From: Treponemataceae bacterium
GTDB taxonomy: Bacteria; Spirochaetota; Spirochaetia; Treponematales; Rectinemataceae
Length of the DNA: 64,000 bases
Direction: 5' to 3'
Assembly (NCBI GenBank): GCA_963667725.2
Contig: CAXXHO010000003.1
Location: 1,920,001 to 1,984,000, forward strand
Position 1 is the first letter of the stretch. Each line of letters begins with the position of its first letter. The notes below the pieces were generated by a model that saw only the letters and a list, made by a program, of their open reading frames with translations, made no database searches and had not been told where the DNA came from. This document shows positions 10,146 through 19,292 of this stretch, in pieces. A program made the translations under genes and the position numbers.

Positions 10146-11339
10146 TCAGGCGCTCCCTTCCGACAGGCGCGGGCCCAGGATGCCAGCCGTCATGAACGCG
10201 CAGGGAGTCAGGGCGACAAACCCATATTTTCGGTGAACCTTGTCCAGGGCCGTCTGCAGCCGCGCCGACTTCGATTCCGAAGGCTCGAAGAGATCGAGCT
10301 CCGGCCCCGCCGCGCCGAACTCGGAAAGCTCGACGCCGAGGCGGCGCACCCGCACGCGGCGTTCCATGGCTCGCTGGGCTATGTCCCAGGCCATGGCGGC
10401 GATCTCGTCGTCCCTCGTGAGGATGCGCGGCGACCGAGCCGAAGCGGAGGCGAAGCGCCCGTCGCTGTAGTCGATCCTGAGCGTCACCTTCCGCGCGCCG
10501 AGATTTTCCTTGCGCGCGGCGAAGCCGAGTGTCGCCGCGAGATAGGCGAGATGAAGGCGGAGCGCCTCCTGCTCGGCGGTGTCGGGCTCGAGAACCGCGG
10601 AATCCCTGAGGCAGCGCCTTTCAGGGGGCTCGGGATTGACCGGCGAGTCGTCGATACCTCTCGCCCTCGCCACGAGTTCGGGCCCGCGGGGACCGATGGC
10701 TCTCGCCTGGAAGGCTCCAAGGTCGGCGATGCCGCCGATATCGTCGATATCGAGGAGACTGAGCCTATCCTTGAGCACCGGGCCCACGCCGGGCAGAAGC
10801 TCCACGGGCTGAAGCCTGACAAGGCTGGCTTCCTCGTGCGGAAGGAGAGCGACGAAGCCGCCCGGCCTGAACACCCTGGTGGCCACCTTCGAAACCGTCT
10901 TGTTCGAGGCGAGAGCGAGGCTCGGCTGGACGCCCGTCTCCTCCATTATTCTCATCCGGATCTTCTGCGTCGCGTCCTCCGGCACGCCGTTTATGCGAGA
11001 GGTTCCCGCCAGATCGATGAATAGATGCCCCTGCCCTGCCTTCTCGACGAGGGGAGAAAAGGACATGCCGATCTCCCACATGGCGGCGTCAGCTTTTCGG
11101 TACAGGTCGGGGTGAGGCGGCCTCACCGCGAGGCCGGGAAGACGGTGCCGCGCCAGCGACAGCATCATGCCCCGCCTGATGCCTTCCCTGTGCGCTTCCG
11201 GCGAAAGATCGAGGACGATGGCGCGAGCAGCTCCCTCTCTCGCGACCACAAAGGGACGCGACCTGAGGCCGCGGTCCAGCCCCTCCTCGATGGCTGCCAT
11301 GAGACCCACGGCGTTGACGTGGAGGACCGTGCCGCCCAT
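10146..11339 (-). CDS. Y-family polymerase homologue, probably inactive (ImuB/DinB-like)
   Basis: DinB-like fold motifs (GIRRGM, ASNKTVSKVA, LPGVG), but the catalytic acids are lost (HVNAVG for HxDxDxF; AGQGHL for SxDEA). Clamp motif ELDLF; C-terminal LDKVHRKYG. TGATG coupling with the upstream gene. Confidence 0.8.
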   Translation of the reverse strand: MGGTVLHVNAVGLMAAIEEGLDRGLRSRPFVVAREGAARAIVLDLSPEAHREGIRRGMMLSLARHRLPGLAVRPPHPDLYRKADAAMWEIGMSFSPLVEKAGQGHLFIDLAGTSRINGVPEDATQKIRMRIMEETGVQPSLALASNKTVSKVATRVFRPGGFVALLPHEEASLVRLQPVELLPGVGPVLKDRLSLLDIDDIGGIADLGAFQARAIGPRGPELVARARGIDDSPVNPEPPERRCLRDSAVLEPDTAEQEALRLHLAYLAATLGFAARKENLGARKVTLRIDYSDGRFASASARSPRILTRDDEIAAMAWDIAQRAMERRVRVRRLGVELSEFGAAGPELDLFEPSESKSARLQTALDKVHRKYGFVALTPCAFMTAGILGPRLSEGSA

Positions 11340-12241
11340 CAGCCGCCTCCTGCCGAATCTTCGGCGCGCTTCGAGACCCCGTCCCCGGAGAGCCCGGCCC
11401 ACAGTTCGGCCATGAGAACCGCGCTCGCCGCCGCTTCATTTCCGTCACCTGCCGCCCCGCCGTCTTCGCCCGCCGCGCTCCCCTCGCCCGCCGCGAAAAT
11501 CACCCTGAGCTTGGCCGCCTGGGCCGCGAGCGCCTCGAGCCGGGGCAGCCAAGAGAACAAATCGGTCCTGCCGTTGAGTTTCAGGTACACGAGGGAAGAA
11601 GTCACGACATCGATGGAAGGGGGCGATCCCGGCTTTCTCGGCATGTCGAGGAGGCAAAGAGCCACGCCGCGCGTCTTCAGGCCCTCGATGACCCTCGCCG
11701 AATACCAGTCGGCGCCATAGAAAGCCACGGCGAGGGGCAGGCCCGAAAGATCCTTCGTCACGCGGTCGAGATGCCGGCGCGCGGCGGCGCCGTAGGAGCA
11801 GCAAGCGGGAAATTCGATGAGGAGAGCGGCTATGGCGGCCTTGGCCCAGGGCTTCTCCATGAGACGGCGGCAATCGGCGACGGCTTTCGCATAGGCGGCT
11901 TCCCTGTCCGCCGCCGTCGGCCTTCCCTTCGCCAGTCCTCCCTCCTCCAACATTCCCCCGGCCGGCCCGATGAAGTCTTCGCCCAGGCGGAGACAAAGAT
12001 CGGAGAAGCCTCGCGCCAAGGTCGGCGCGGGCGCCAAGGTCGGCGCGGGCTGAGAGGCGCCCTCCGGGACGGGCAACGGGGCCAGGGCAGAGGGCGCCAG
12101 GGTCCGCGCCCAGACCCCGAAAGGCAGCTCCACCGTCGTGATACCCGGGGCAGGCGACGCGCCTAACTCGCGGGGCCTATTCCCCGCGGGCGCGATGCCA
12201 AAGTGGACATCGGGCGATATCATCCACCTGTCTCCGATCAT
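11339..12241 (-). CDS. Degenerate DUF72 (YecE-like) family protein
   Basis: Ordered DUF72-like blocks TTVEL, LLIEFP, LPLAVAF..W, VALCLLDMP, VYLKLNGR, LRVIF, with the usually conserved E/H/NN residues substituted. Confidence 0.6.
   Translation of the reverse strand: MIGDRWMISPDVHFGIAPAGNRPRELGASPAPGITTVELPFGVWARTLAPSALAPLPVPEGASQPAPTLAPAPTLARGFSDLCLRLGEDFIGPAGGMLEEGGLAKGRPTAADREAAYAKAVADCRRLMEKPWAKAAIAALLIEFPACCSYGAAARRHLDRVTKDLSGLPLAVAFYGADWYSARVIEGLKTRGVALCLLDMPRKPGSPPSIDVVTSSLVYLKLNGRTDLFSWLPRLEALAAQAAKLRVIFAAGEGSAAGEDGGAAGDGNEAAASAVLMAELWAGLSGDGVSKRAEDSAGGG
12013..12050. repeat. In-frame 18-bp tandem duplication (PAPTLA x2)
   Basis: GCGCCAAGGTCGGCGCGG occurs twice in tandem. Confidence 0.9.
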
Positions 12242-12247
12242 ACTTCA

Positions 12248-12277
12248 ATTATAACTATACATTTGTTAAGTATTCAA
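12248..12277 (-). promoter_or_regulatory. Leaderless sigma70 promoter with palindromic spacer (candidate LexA box)
   Basis: TTGAAT-N18-TATAAT-N6-ATG. The spacer ACTTAACAAATGTATAGT is an imperfect palindrome. Confidence 0.65.
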
Positions 12278-12344
12278 GGGTGAAAAACAAGCCTTTTGTT
12301 GATCGATATCCTGATACGTCGCTAGGTAATTCTCACATCTATTG

Positions 12345-12402
12345 TTGACTGGTCCTAAAAACCGTGTTACAAATAATTTATTATTACGATGTTTTTTTAT
12401 TA
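12345..12402 (+). promoter_or_regulatory. Promoter plus shared 38-bp operator element, copy 1
   Basis: TTGACT-N17-TACAAA. 12365-12402 is 33/38 identical to the reverse complement of 22301-22338. Confidence 0.7.
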
Positions 12403-12431
12403 CTAGATTTTTACGACGTATGGGGGTGCCC

Positions 12432-13598
12432 ATGTATGACTTTGATTCGCTTCTCTCGAGAAGAGGAACTTCCTCCACCAAATGGGATGCCCTTTCCAGA
12501 GACTACGGCAACGCTAAACTGCTGCCTTTTTGGGTCGCTGATATGGATTTCGAGCTCCCGCCGGAACTAAACGAAGCATTGAGACAACGCACTATCGACG
12601 CAACGTATGGATATACCTTTGCCAGCGATTCATACTTCCATAGCATTGAAAAGTGGTATGCGGTGCGTCATGAGATGTCGGTAAAGAAAGAAGAAATCGT
12701 CAACGTTCCCGGCGTGCTCACCGGACTCAGCCTGTCGATAAGCGCCTTATGTGGAAAGAACGACAGAATCCTCATCAATACTCCCGCATACCCTCCCTTT
12801 TTAGGGCTTACAAAAAACAGTGACCTCGAGTTGATTCACTCGCCCCTTCTCAAGAAAAAGACCGGATATGAATTTGATTTCCAGGATCTTGAGAGAAACC
12901 TTGAGCGGGGAATACGTTGTCTCGTTTTATGTAGCCCTCATAATCCGGTAGGCCGCGTCTGGACTCGGAACGAGCTCGCCAGAATTGTGGAATTGTGCGA
13001 TTCGTATGGAACCTTCATCCTTTCGGACGAAATACATTGCGACCTTGTCTATCCAGGCCATCGGCACCTGCCATTGATGAGCATATCGGAACGCGCGAAA
13101 CAAATTTCCCTGATCGCTTCCGCCCCGAGCAAGACATTCAATGTCGCCGGCCTGAAAAGCTCTTATCTGATCATCCGGAATAGCGAGGTTCGCGAAAAGA
13201 TAAAAGCGATGGTCGAGAAATATCATCTCTATACCAACCTTTTCGGGCTATTAGCAACCGAGATCGCCTATAGCCATGGCGACGAATGGCTGGACGAACT
13301 ATTGGCCTATCTCTGGAAGAACGCGTGCTTCGTACGCGATTTTGTGGCACACAGAAAGCTAAAAATCAAAGTAGAGCTGCCTGAAGCGACCTATTTGATG
13401 TGGATGGATTTCTCCAAATATGGCATGAGTCAAGAAGCGCTGATGGAAAGACTTAAAAATGTCGCCGGGGTCGCGCTGAACAACGGCCTAGATTTTGGGG
13501 ACCAAGGTCTTGGGTACGCGCGATTGAATATCGGCACGACGAGAAAATTTCTCGAGGAAGGCATGGAGCGCATCGCCGATGCCTTCATGGGCCTTTGA
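12432..13598 (+). CDS. MalY/PatB-family PLP-dependent C-S lyase (cystathionine beta-lyase-like)
   Basis: STKWD, WVADMDF, CSPHNPVGR, SDEIHCD, APSKTFN (PLP Lys), ATYLMW. Confidence 0.9.
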   Translation: MYDFDSLLSRRGTSSTKWDALSRDYGNAKLLPFWVADMDFELPPELNEALRQRTIDATYGYTFASDSYFHSIEKWYAVRHEMSVKKEEIVNVPGVLTGLSLSISALCGKNDRILINTPAYPPFLGLTKNSDLELIHSPLLKKKTGYEFDFQDLERNLERGIRCLVLCSPHNPVGRVWTRNELARIVELCDSYGTFILSDEIHCDLVYPGHRHLPLMSISERAKQISLIASAPSKTFNVAGLKSSYLIIRNSEVREKIKAMVEKYHLYTNLFGLLATEIAYSHGDEWLDELLAYLWKNACFVRDFVAHRKLKIKVELPEATYLMWMDFSKYGMSQEALMERLKNVAGVALNNGLDFGDQGLGYARLNIGTTRKFLEEGMERIADAFMGL

Positions 13599-13639
13599 AA
13601 TACATCGTATGCAGACGATCACAGGATGGAGGTGAAGCA

Positions 13640-14749
13640 ATGGATCGAAAAGCCATAGATCTCGTTTTTCTTTCTGAAAAAGACATGATCGAATCCGGAG
13701 TGCAGGATACAAAAAAATGCCTTGCCGTGATGGAAGAAACCTTCCGCTTGCTTGGGGAAGGTGACTACATCATGGGCGGCCCGAACGAGAATAGCCATGG
13801 TAGTCTTCTATGGTTTCCCGAACGAAGTCCATTCCCGAAGATGCCGATCGCGGGCCCTGACAGGCGATATATGGCAATGCCAGCATATCTGGGCGGACGA
13901 TTCAACATGACAGGCGTTAAATGGTACGGATCAAACATCAAAAATCCGGAAAAAGGTTTGCCTCGTTCTGTACTGCTTGTCTGCCTTAATGACGCGGATA
14001 CCGGCGAGCCTTTGGCCATAATGTCGGCGAATCTCCTTAGCGCCATGAGAACCGGCTGCGTTCCGGGAGTAGCCACCAAGTATCTCGCCAGAAAGAACGC
14101 GAAAACGCTTGGGATAGTCGGATGTGGGGTGATGAACAAAGCCTGCTCCAAAGCGATTTTGGAAAATCTGCCATGGGGAGAAAAAGTCTATATTTACGAT
14201 ATAGTCCGGCAAAACGCTGAAAGATTCGCTTCGGAACTATCAGAAGAATACGGATTGGAGATGATTATCGCCGAGAACCTTGAGGCTGCGATCATCGATT
14301 CCGATGTCGTCAGCATCGCGGCTTCAGGAGCGGTTGCGGTCAAAGTAGAAAAGGATTGGCTGAAGAAAGGGTGTTTATTCACGGTAACCGGACATGTCGA
14401 CCTGGAAGACAGCTGCTATATCGAAAACAAGCTCATATTTGACGATTGGAAGATGCATAAAGCCTGGCTCGAAGAGGGCTTGATGCATGAAAAAGGAATT
14501 ATAAGCATTTCAAAATGGGTTCCGTCTTACCAGATATTGAAATTATACGATGACGGACTATTGACCGATGACAGGATGGTCAGTCTCGGGGATGTCGTAT
14601 TCGGCAAGGAACCGGGCAGAAAAAACGATGAAGAGATTATCATTTTCTCCGCGGGTGGGTTACCGGTTGAAGATGTCTCCTGGGGTTATTCTGTGTATCA
14701 AGAAGCTTTGGCTAAGGGTTTGGGCCAAAAGCTCGCGCTTTGGGGTTGA
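13640..14749 (+). CDS. Ornithine cyclodeaminase/mu-crystallin family protein
   Basis: MAMPAYLGG, GVKWYGSN, SAMRTG, GIVGCG Rossmann motif, GGLPVED; RBS GGAGG. Confidence 0.85.
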   Translation: MDRKAIDLVFLSEKDMIESGVQDTKKCLAVMEETFRLLGEGDYIMGGPNENSHGSLLWFPERSPFPKMPIAGPDRRYMAMPAYLGGRFNMTGVKWYGSNIKNPEKGLPRSVLLVCLNDADTGEPLAIMSANLLSAMRTGCVPGVATKYLARKNAKTLGIVGCGVMNKACSKAILENLPWGEKVYIYDIVRQNAERFASELSEEYGLEMIIAENLEAAIIDSDVVSIAASGAVAVKVEKDWLKKGCLFTVTGHVDLEDSCYIENKLIFDDWKMHKAWLEEGLMHEKGIISISKWVPSYQILKLYDDGLLTDDRMVSLGDVVFGKEPGRKNDEEIIIFSAGGLPVEDVSWGYSVYQEALAKGLGQKLALWG

Positions 14750-14831
14750 ACAGCTTAAGTTGGGTTTCCTTTCACCATATATCACGGTAGTGAATGATGG
14801 TGATTATTTTATCGCAAGGGGGAGGATAGCT

Positions 14832-16343
14832 ATGAAACTTGGAACAAAGGGGCTTGTGGTTCTATTGCTTTTCTGCATGACCTTTTCGCCGTTCGCTCAG
14901 GGCGCGCAGGGTAAAAACCTGAAAGATACGGTAACGGTGGTCTTGAAAGGAGAGCCCAGCAATATCGATCCGCATGGCAACGGGGAACTTGTCGCATTTA
15001 CAACGCAGATGCAGATTTACGACAACCTGCTAAAAAAAGACGCGAACGGCGCCATTGTGCCGGAGCTGGCGACCAAGTGGCAAGTAATTGACAAACAGAC
15101 CATCCGATTTTTCTTGAGAGAAGACGTATATTTCCATAATGGAGAAAAACTGACTGCCGAAGACGTCAGGTTTTCAATAGCAAGGGCAACCCAGAAACCT
15201 TCCAGTTCCGCCATATTCAAAGGCTTCGATGGAGAAAAGACAAAGGTCGTCAATGATTATACGATTGATATCGTCACGAAAGGACCTTTTGCCGGCATCT
15301 ACAATTACCTCTGTTCTTCCCGAGGCAATATTCTCAGCAAGAAAGCGGTTATGGAGATGGGTGATGCCAAATTTGGACGAAATCCAGTAGGAAGCGGCCC
15401 TTTCATCTTCGACACCTGGAGGACCGGCACCGATATCAAGCTAGTCAGGAATGAAAAATATTGGGGCACCAAACCTACTTTCTCCACCATGATCCTCAAG
15501 TTTGTCCCCGAAACCGCTTCGAGAGCGATAGAAATAGAGAGCGGCAATGCCGATGTCATCTTCGATCCAGATCCTGCCGATATTCCCAGACTGAGCAAGA
15601 ACAAGAATCTCAAGGTCATATCCGGACCTAGCTACGCGAATAGCTACATAGTATTCAAAATGTCCGATCCGGTTTTTAGCGATATAAAGCTTAGGCAAGC
15701 TCTTTCTCTTGCCCTCAACAAGGCGGGCATCGTGCAAGCGATCTATGGTGAGCTCGGGAAGCCTTCACAGAGTGTTTTCGCCAGCACTATATTTTCGTAT
15801 AAACCGATGGGCGTGACGGAATACAATGTTGAAAAGGCCGCGGCGCTTGTGAAGGAAGCTGGCTACAAGAACGGACTCGATGTCGTGCTAGCCACCCCGA
15901 ACACAAAACAGCTTATGGATATCGCCGAAATCGCACAGAACATGTGGAAGAAAATCGGAGTAAACGCGACGATCAAAACGACAGCAATGGCGGAATTCCT
16001 TGCCGCGGGACGACGCGGAGAAAACCAAATAGCTATTTCCGCCGCAAATTATACTACGGGTGATCCCGGACACGCTCTTGCCGATTTCGATACTCGAAGC
16101 GATGGATTCTTCAAGCCGATAGATAAGAAAATCGACGCTTATCTGGATCAGGGCGCTTCGACGTTCGAGACGGAAGCAAGGAAGAAAGTCTACCAAGAAG
16201 TCCAGCAATATATCTATAATCAGTACTATATGCTGCCAATCGCCGATACGAACGTCAATTACGTCACGACGAGCAAAGTTGAGAATTTCTTCTGCGATCC
16301 GGGAAATTCGCCTTATCTCGGCGATATTAAAGTATATCAGTAA
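14832..16343 (+). CDS. ABC transporter substrate-binding protein, Opp/Dpp family 5
   Basis: Signal peptide, PELATKW, LREDVYFHNG, PVGSGPF, RNEKYWG; RBS GGAGG. Confidence 0.9.
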   Translation: MKLGTKGLVVLLLFCMTFSPFAQGAQGKNLKDTVTVVLKGEPSNIDPHGNGELVAFTTQMQIYDNLLKKDANGAIVPELATKWQVIDKQTIRFFLREDVYFHNGEKLTAEDVRFSIARATQKPSSSAIFKGFDGEKTKVVNDYTIDIVTKGPFAGIYNYLCSSRGNILSKKAVMEMGDAKFGRNPVGSGPFIFDTWRTGTDIKLVRNEKYWGTKPTFSTMILKFVPETASRAIEIESGNADVIFDPDPADIPRLSKNKNLKVISGPSYANSYIVFKMSDPVFSDIKLRQALSLALNKAGIVQAIYGELGKPSQSVFASTIFSYKPMGVTEYNVEKAAALVKEAGYKNGLDVVLATPNTKQLMDIAEIAQNMWKKIGVNATIKTTAMAEFLAAGRRGENQIAISAANYTTGDPGHALADFDTRSDGFFKPIDKKIDAYLDQGASTFETEARKKVYQEVQQYIYNQYYMLPIADTNVNYVTTSKVENFFCDPGNSPYLGDIKVYQ

Positions 16344-16360
16344 ATAGAATATCGCCAGTT

Positions 16361-16396
16361 GATGGCTGGCTGGAATATACCCAGTCAGCCATCTTT
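16361..16396 (+). terminator. Hairpin after the SBP gene
   Basis: GATGGCTGGCTGG-N7-CCAGTCAGCCATC-TTT. Confidence 0.55.
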
Positions 16397-16428
16397 GCGG
16401 TTACATAAAATTCCAAAGAGAGGATTCC

Positions 16429-17175
16429 ATGGATGTTTTGATTATCGACCAGATGACCTGGCCCGAACTGAACGATGAGATGAAGAATATAAAGTTGGCG
16501 ATCGTTCCGGTAGGATCTTGCGAGCAGCATGGACCCAACACTACCTTTGCGACGGATACCGCGAGGGCGGCAGCCTATTCAAAATTGTTAGCAAAAAGGT
16601 TGGGAAGCAAAGTCGTGGTTTTCCCCGCGGTCAATTATGGCTTATCCTTGCACCACATGGATTTCCCGGGTACGGTGACATTACGTGTCGAAACTATGCT
16701 GCATCTCCTTGAAGATATCGCGGTCTCGATAAGCAAGCATGGAATCAAGAAAATACTGTTCCTCAACGCTCACGGCGGGAATTTCCCGGCCCTCGACGGC
16801 GCGATCATCAAATTAAAACAAGAACATTCGATAGACGCGTATTGGTCCGCAATCGGATCGGAAATATCCACCGGCGGGCTTGTCGGTCTTCCGAAACTGA
16901 TCGGGCATGCCTGCGAGGTAGAAACCTCCCAGACGTTGTATCTATGCCCAGAAATAGTCAGGAAAAACAGAGTCCCTTCCCAAATGCAAGACAGTATGCT
17001 TACGCGAGATTCGTTCGTGAAAGGAAATGCCGCCTGGAGCTGGAAATACGACGCATCGCTGAATGGCGCTCTTGGAGACGCGAGAAAGGCGACTGCGGAA
17101 ATTGGCAGGGAGATGACTGAAGCTTCCCTTGAATATATGGAAAAGATCGTGGATGAAATCATTGCCAGAAAATGA
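16429..17175 (+). CDS. Creatininase-family amidohydrolase
   Basis: PVGSCEQHGP..TD, NAHGGN and GHACEVETS metal-binding motifs. Confidence 0.9.
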   Translation: MDVLIIDQMTWPELNDEMKNIKLAIVPVGSCEQHGPNTTFATDTARAAAYSKLLAKRLGSKVVVFPAVNYGLSLHHMDFPGTVTLRVETMLHLLEDIAVSISKHGIKKILFLNAHGGNFPALDGAIIKLKQEHSIDAYWSAIGSEISTGGLVGLPKLIGHACEVETSQTLYLCPEIVRKNRVPSQMQDSMLTRDSFVKGNAAWSWKYDASLNGALGDARKATAEIGREMTEASLEYMEKIVDEIIARK

Positions 17176-17308
17176 ACGACAGGTGTTCCGGTCAATAGGC
17201 TTTTGAAACATTGCGCGGAAATAGCCAATGAACGGAACACCGCTTCTTTTATTATTTACACATGCATCTGATCGCTCTTATCTCAATCAAGTATTTTTTC
17301 GCTCCATG

Positions 17309-18277
17309 TCAACTTGGGGAGTTTATCTCTTCGTAATAGTGACAGGCGACAAAATGGTTACTCTCCACTTCCCTAAGTTCCGGTTGGCTTATGCCGCACT
17401 TTTCCTTCGCGTAGATGCATCTCGGAAAGAACCTGCATTTCTCTTCAGGATTGATCGGTGACGAAATTTCTCCCTTCAGAATCACCCTCTTAATTTTATT
17501 TTTCATCACTTTAGGTCGGGGTATAGCTGAGAGCAGTGCTTTTGTATATGGGTGATATTGTTTCCTGAACAATTCCTTTGATTCAGCTTTCTCAACAATC
17601 TTACCGAGATACATGACCGCTATCTCATCGGAAATATGGCGTACAACCGATAAGTCATGCGTTATGAAGAGGTACGTGAGTCCCAGTTCAGCCTGTAGAT
17701 CCTGCATCAGATTCAGTATCTGAGCCCTGATGGAGACATCAAGGGATGATACCGGCTCATCGCATACAATAAACTTCGGATTTAATGCGAGAGCTCTCGC
17801 GATGCCGACGCGTTGTCTTCTTCCTCCGTCGAGTTCATGAGGATACGCATTCACTAGCCGTTGTGCGATTCCTACGGTCTCCATGAGTTTGTTAACCCGC
17901 TTGTTCAGATCGGCGGGATTCTGGAATTTATTGTATATGATCAAAGGCTCGCCAACGATTTCCCCTATTGTCATCCTTGGGTTTATCGAGGAATATGGAT
18001 CCTGGAAAATCATCTGCATATCTTGCCGAATAGTCTTTAGCTCGTTTTTTCCGATGTCAGAAATATCTTTGCCATTAAACGCCATCATTCCTGCGGTGGG
18101 TTCGAGCAGATGCAGTATCACTCTTCCCAGCGTCGACTTCCCGCATCCTGATTCTCCGACGACGCCAAGCGTTGTTCCCCGAGCCAATCCAAAGCTCACT
18201 CCATCGACCGCATGAAGGAATCCGTTTGGCGTTTTGAAATACTTCTTCAGATCCTTCACCTCAAGTAAAGTATCCAT
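17309..18277 (-). CDS. oppF: Oligopeptide ABC ATPase (OppF/DppF)
   Basis: GESGCGKST, FQDPY, DGGRRQR, CDEP, C-terminal Cys motif. Confidence 0.9.
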   Translation of the reverse strand: MDTLLEVKDLKKYFKTPNGFLHAVDGVSFGLARGTTLGVVGESGCGKSTLGRVILHLLEPTAGMMAFNGKDISDIGKNELKTIRQDMQMIFQDPYSSINPRMTIGEIVGEPLIIYNKFQNPADLNKRVNKLMETVGIAQRLVNAYPHELDGGRRQRVGIARALALNPKFIVCDEPVSSLDVSIRAQILNLMQDLQAELGLTYLFITHDLSVVRHISDEIAVMYLGKIVEKAESKELFRKQYHPYTKALLSAIPRPKVMKNKIKRVILKGEISSPINPEEKCRFFPRCIYAKEKCGISQPELREVESNHFVACHYYEEINSPS

Positions 18278-18288
18278 AAATTCCTCTC

Positions 18289-19260
18289 CTAGATCTTGTT
18301 TTTGGCAAGAATGCACTTGACTGAATGACCAGGAGATACTTCGATCATTTCTGGCGACATTTCTGCACATTCTCTCTTAGCATGCGGGCATCGAGGATGG
18401 AAAGGACAACCGGCGGGCAAGTTCGCCGGATCAGGCATCAATCCTTCGATTGGCTTGAGCCTATCCGCGTCAGAATCCAGATCGGGAATCGAACCGAATA
18501 ATCCCAACGTATATGGATGCTGGGCGTTTTCATAAATATCTTCGATATTTCCGATTTCCACGATATTACCCGCGTACATTATCGCGACTCGATTGCATAT
18601 TTCGGCCACGACGCCGAGATCGTGAGAAATAAGAATCATAGAGGTGTCGAAGTTGCTCTTGAGCTCGCTCATCATCTCAAGAACCTGAGCTTGTATCGTT
18701 ACATCAAGTGCGGTTGTTGGCTCGTCAGCTATCAATATTTTCGGATTGCATGCAAGAGAGATCGCGATGACAACTCTCTGCTTCATGCCGCCAGAAAACT
18801 GATGCGGATAATCGTTGAATCTGTCGGAAGTGATTCCAACCATTCCCAGCATCTTGATCGCTTCTCTGTCCGCGTCTTTTCGCGATACTTTCTTATGGAT
18901 ACGAATGACTTCTGAAATCTGTTCGCCGACTTTCTGAACAGGATTTAAGGATGTCATCGGATCCTGAAAGATCATCGATATATCCCGCCCTCTCATGAGG
19001 CGCAAGCCAAGCTTGCTGAAATTCAAGATATTCTTGCCTTTATAGAGGATCTCGCCGCTGATTATCTTGCCGGGAGGATTGGGGATCAAGCGCATAATGC
19101 TCTTAGCGGTCGTGGTTTTCCCCGCGCCGGTTTCTCCTACTATCCCCAGTGTCTCTCGATAGCCTAAGTCGAAAGAAAGCCCATTGACGGCTTTCACCAC
19201 CGTCTTATCCTTGACATAGTGCACAGTCAGGTTTCGAATCGAAAGGATCTGTTCACTCAT
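18289..19260 (-). CDS. oppD: Oligopeptide ABC ATPase (OppD/DppD)
   Basis: GETGAGKT, FSGGMKQR, ADEPTTALD, HPYT, CPFHPRC. Confidence 0.9.
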   Translation of the reverse strand: MSEQILSIRNLTVHYVKDKTVVKAVNGLSFDLGYRETLGIVGETGAGKTTTAKSIMRLIPNPPGKIISGEILYKGKNILNFSKLGLRLMRGRDISMIFQDPMTSLNPVQKVGEQISEVIRIHKKVSRKDADREAIKMLGMVGITSDRFNDYPHQFSGGMKQRVVIAISLACNPKILIADEPTTALDVTIQAQVLEMMSELKSNFDTSMILISHDLGVVAEICNRVAIMYAGNIVEIGNIEDIYENAQHPYTLGLFGSIPDLDSDADRLKPIEGLMPDPANLPAGCPFHPRCPHAKRECAEMSPEMIEVSPGHSVKCILAKNKI

Positions 19261-19292
19261 TGATCTTCTCCAAAGGCATAAACATGCTCATC

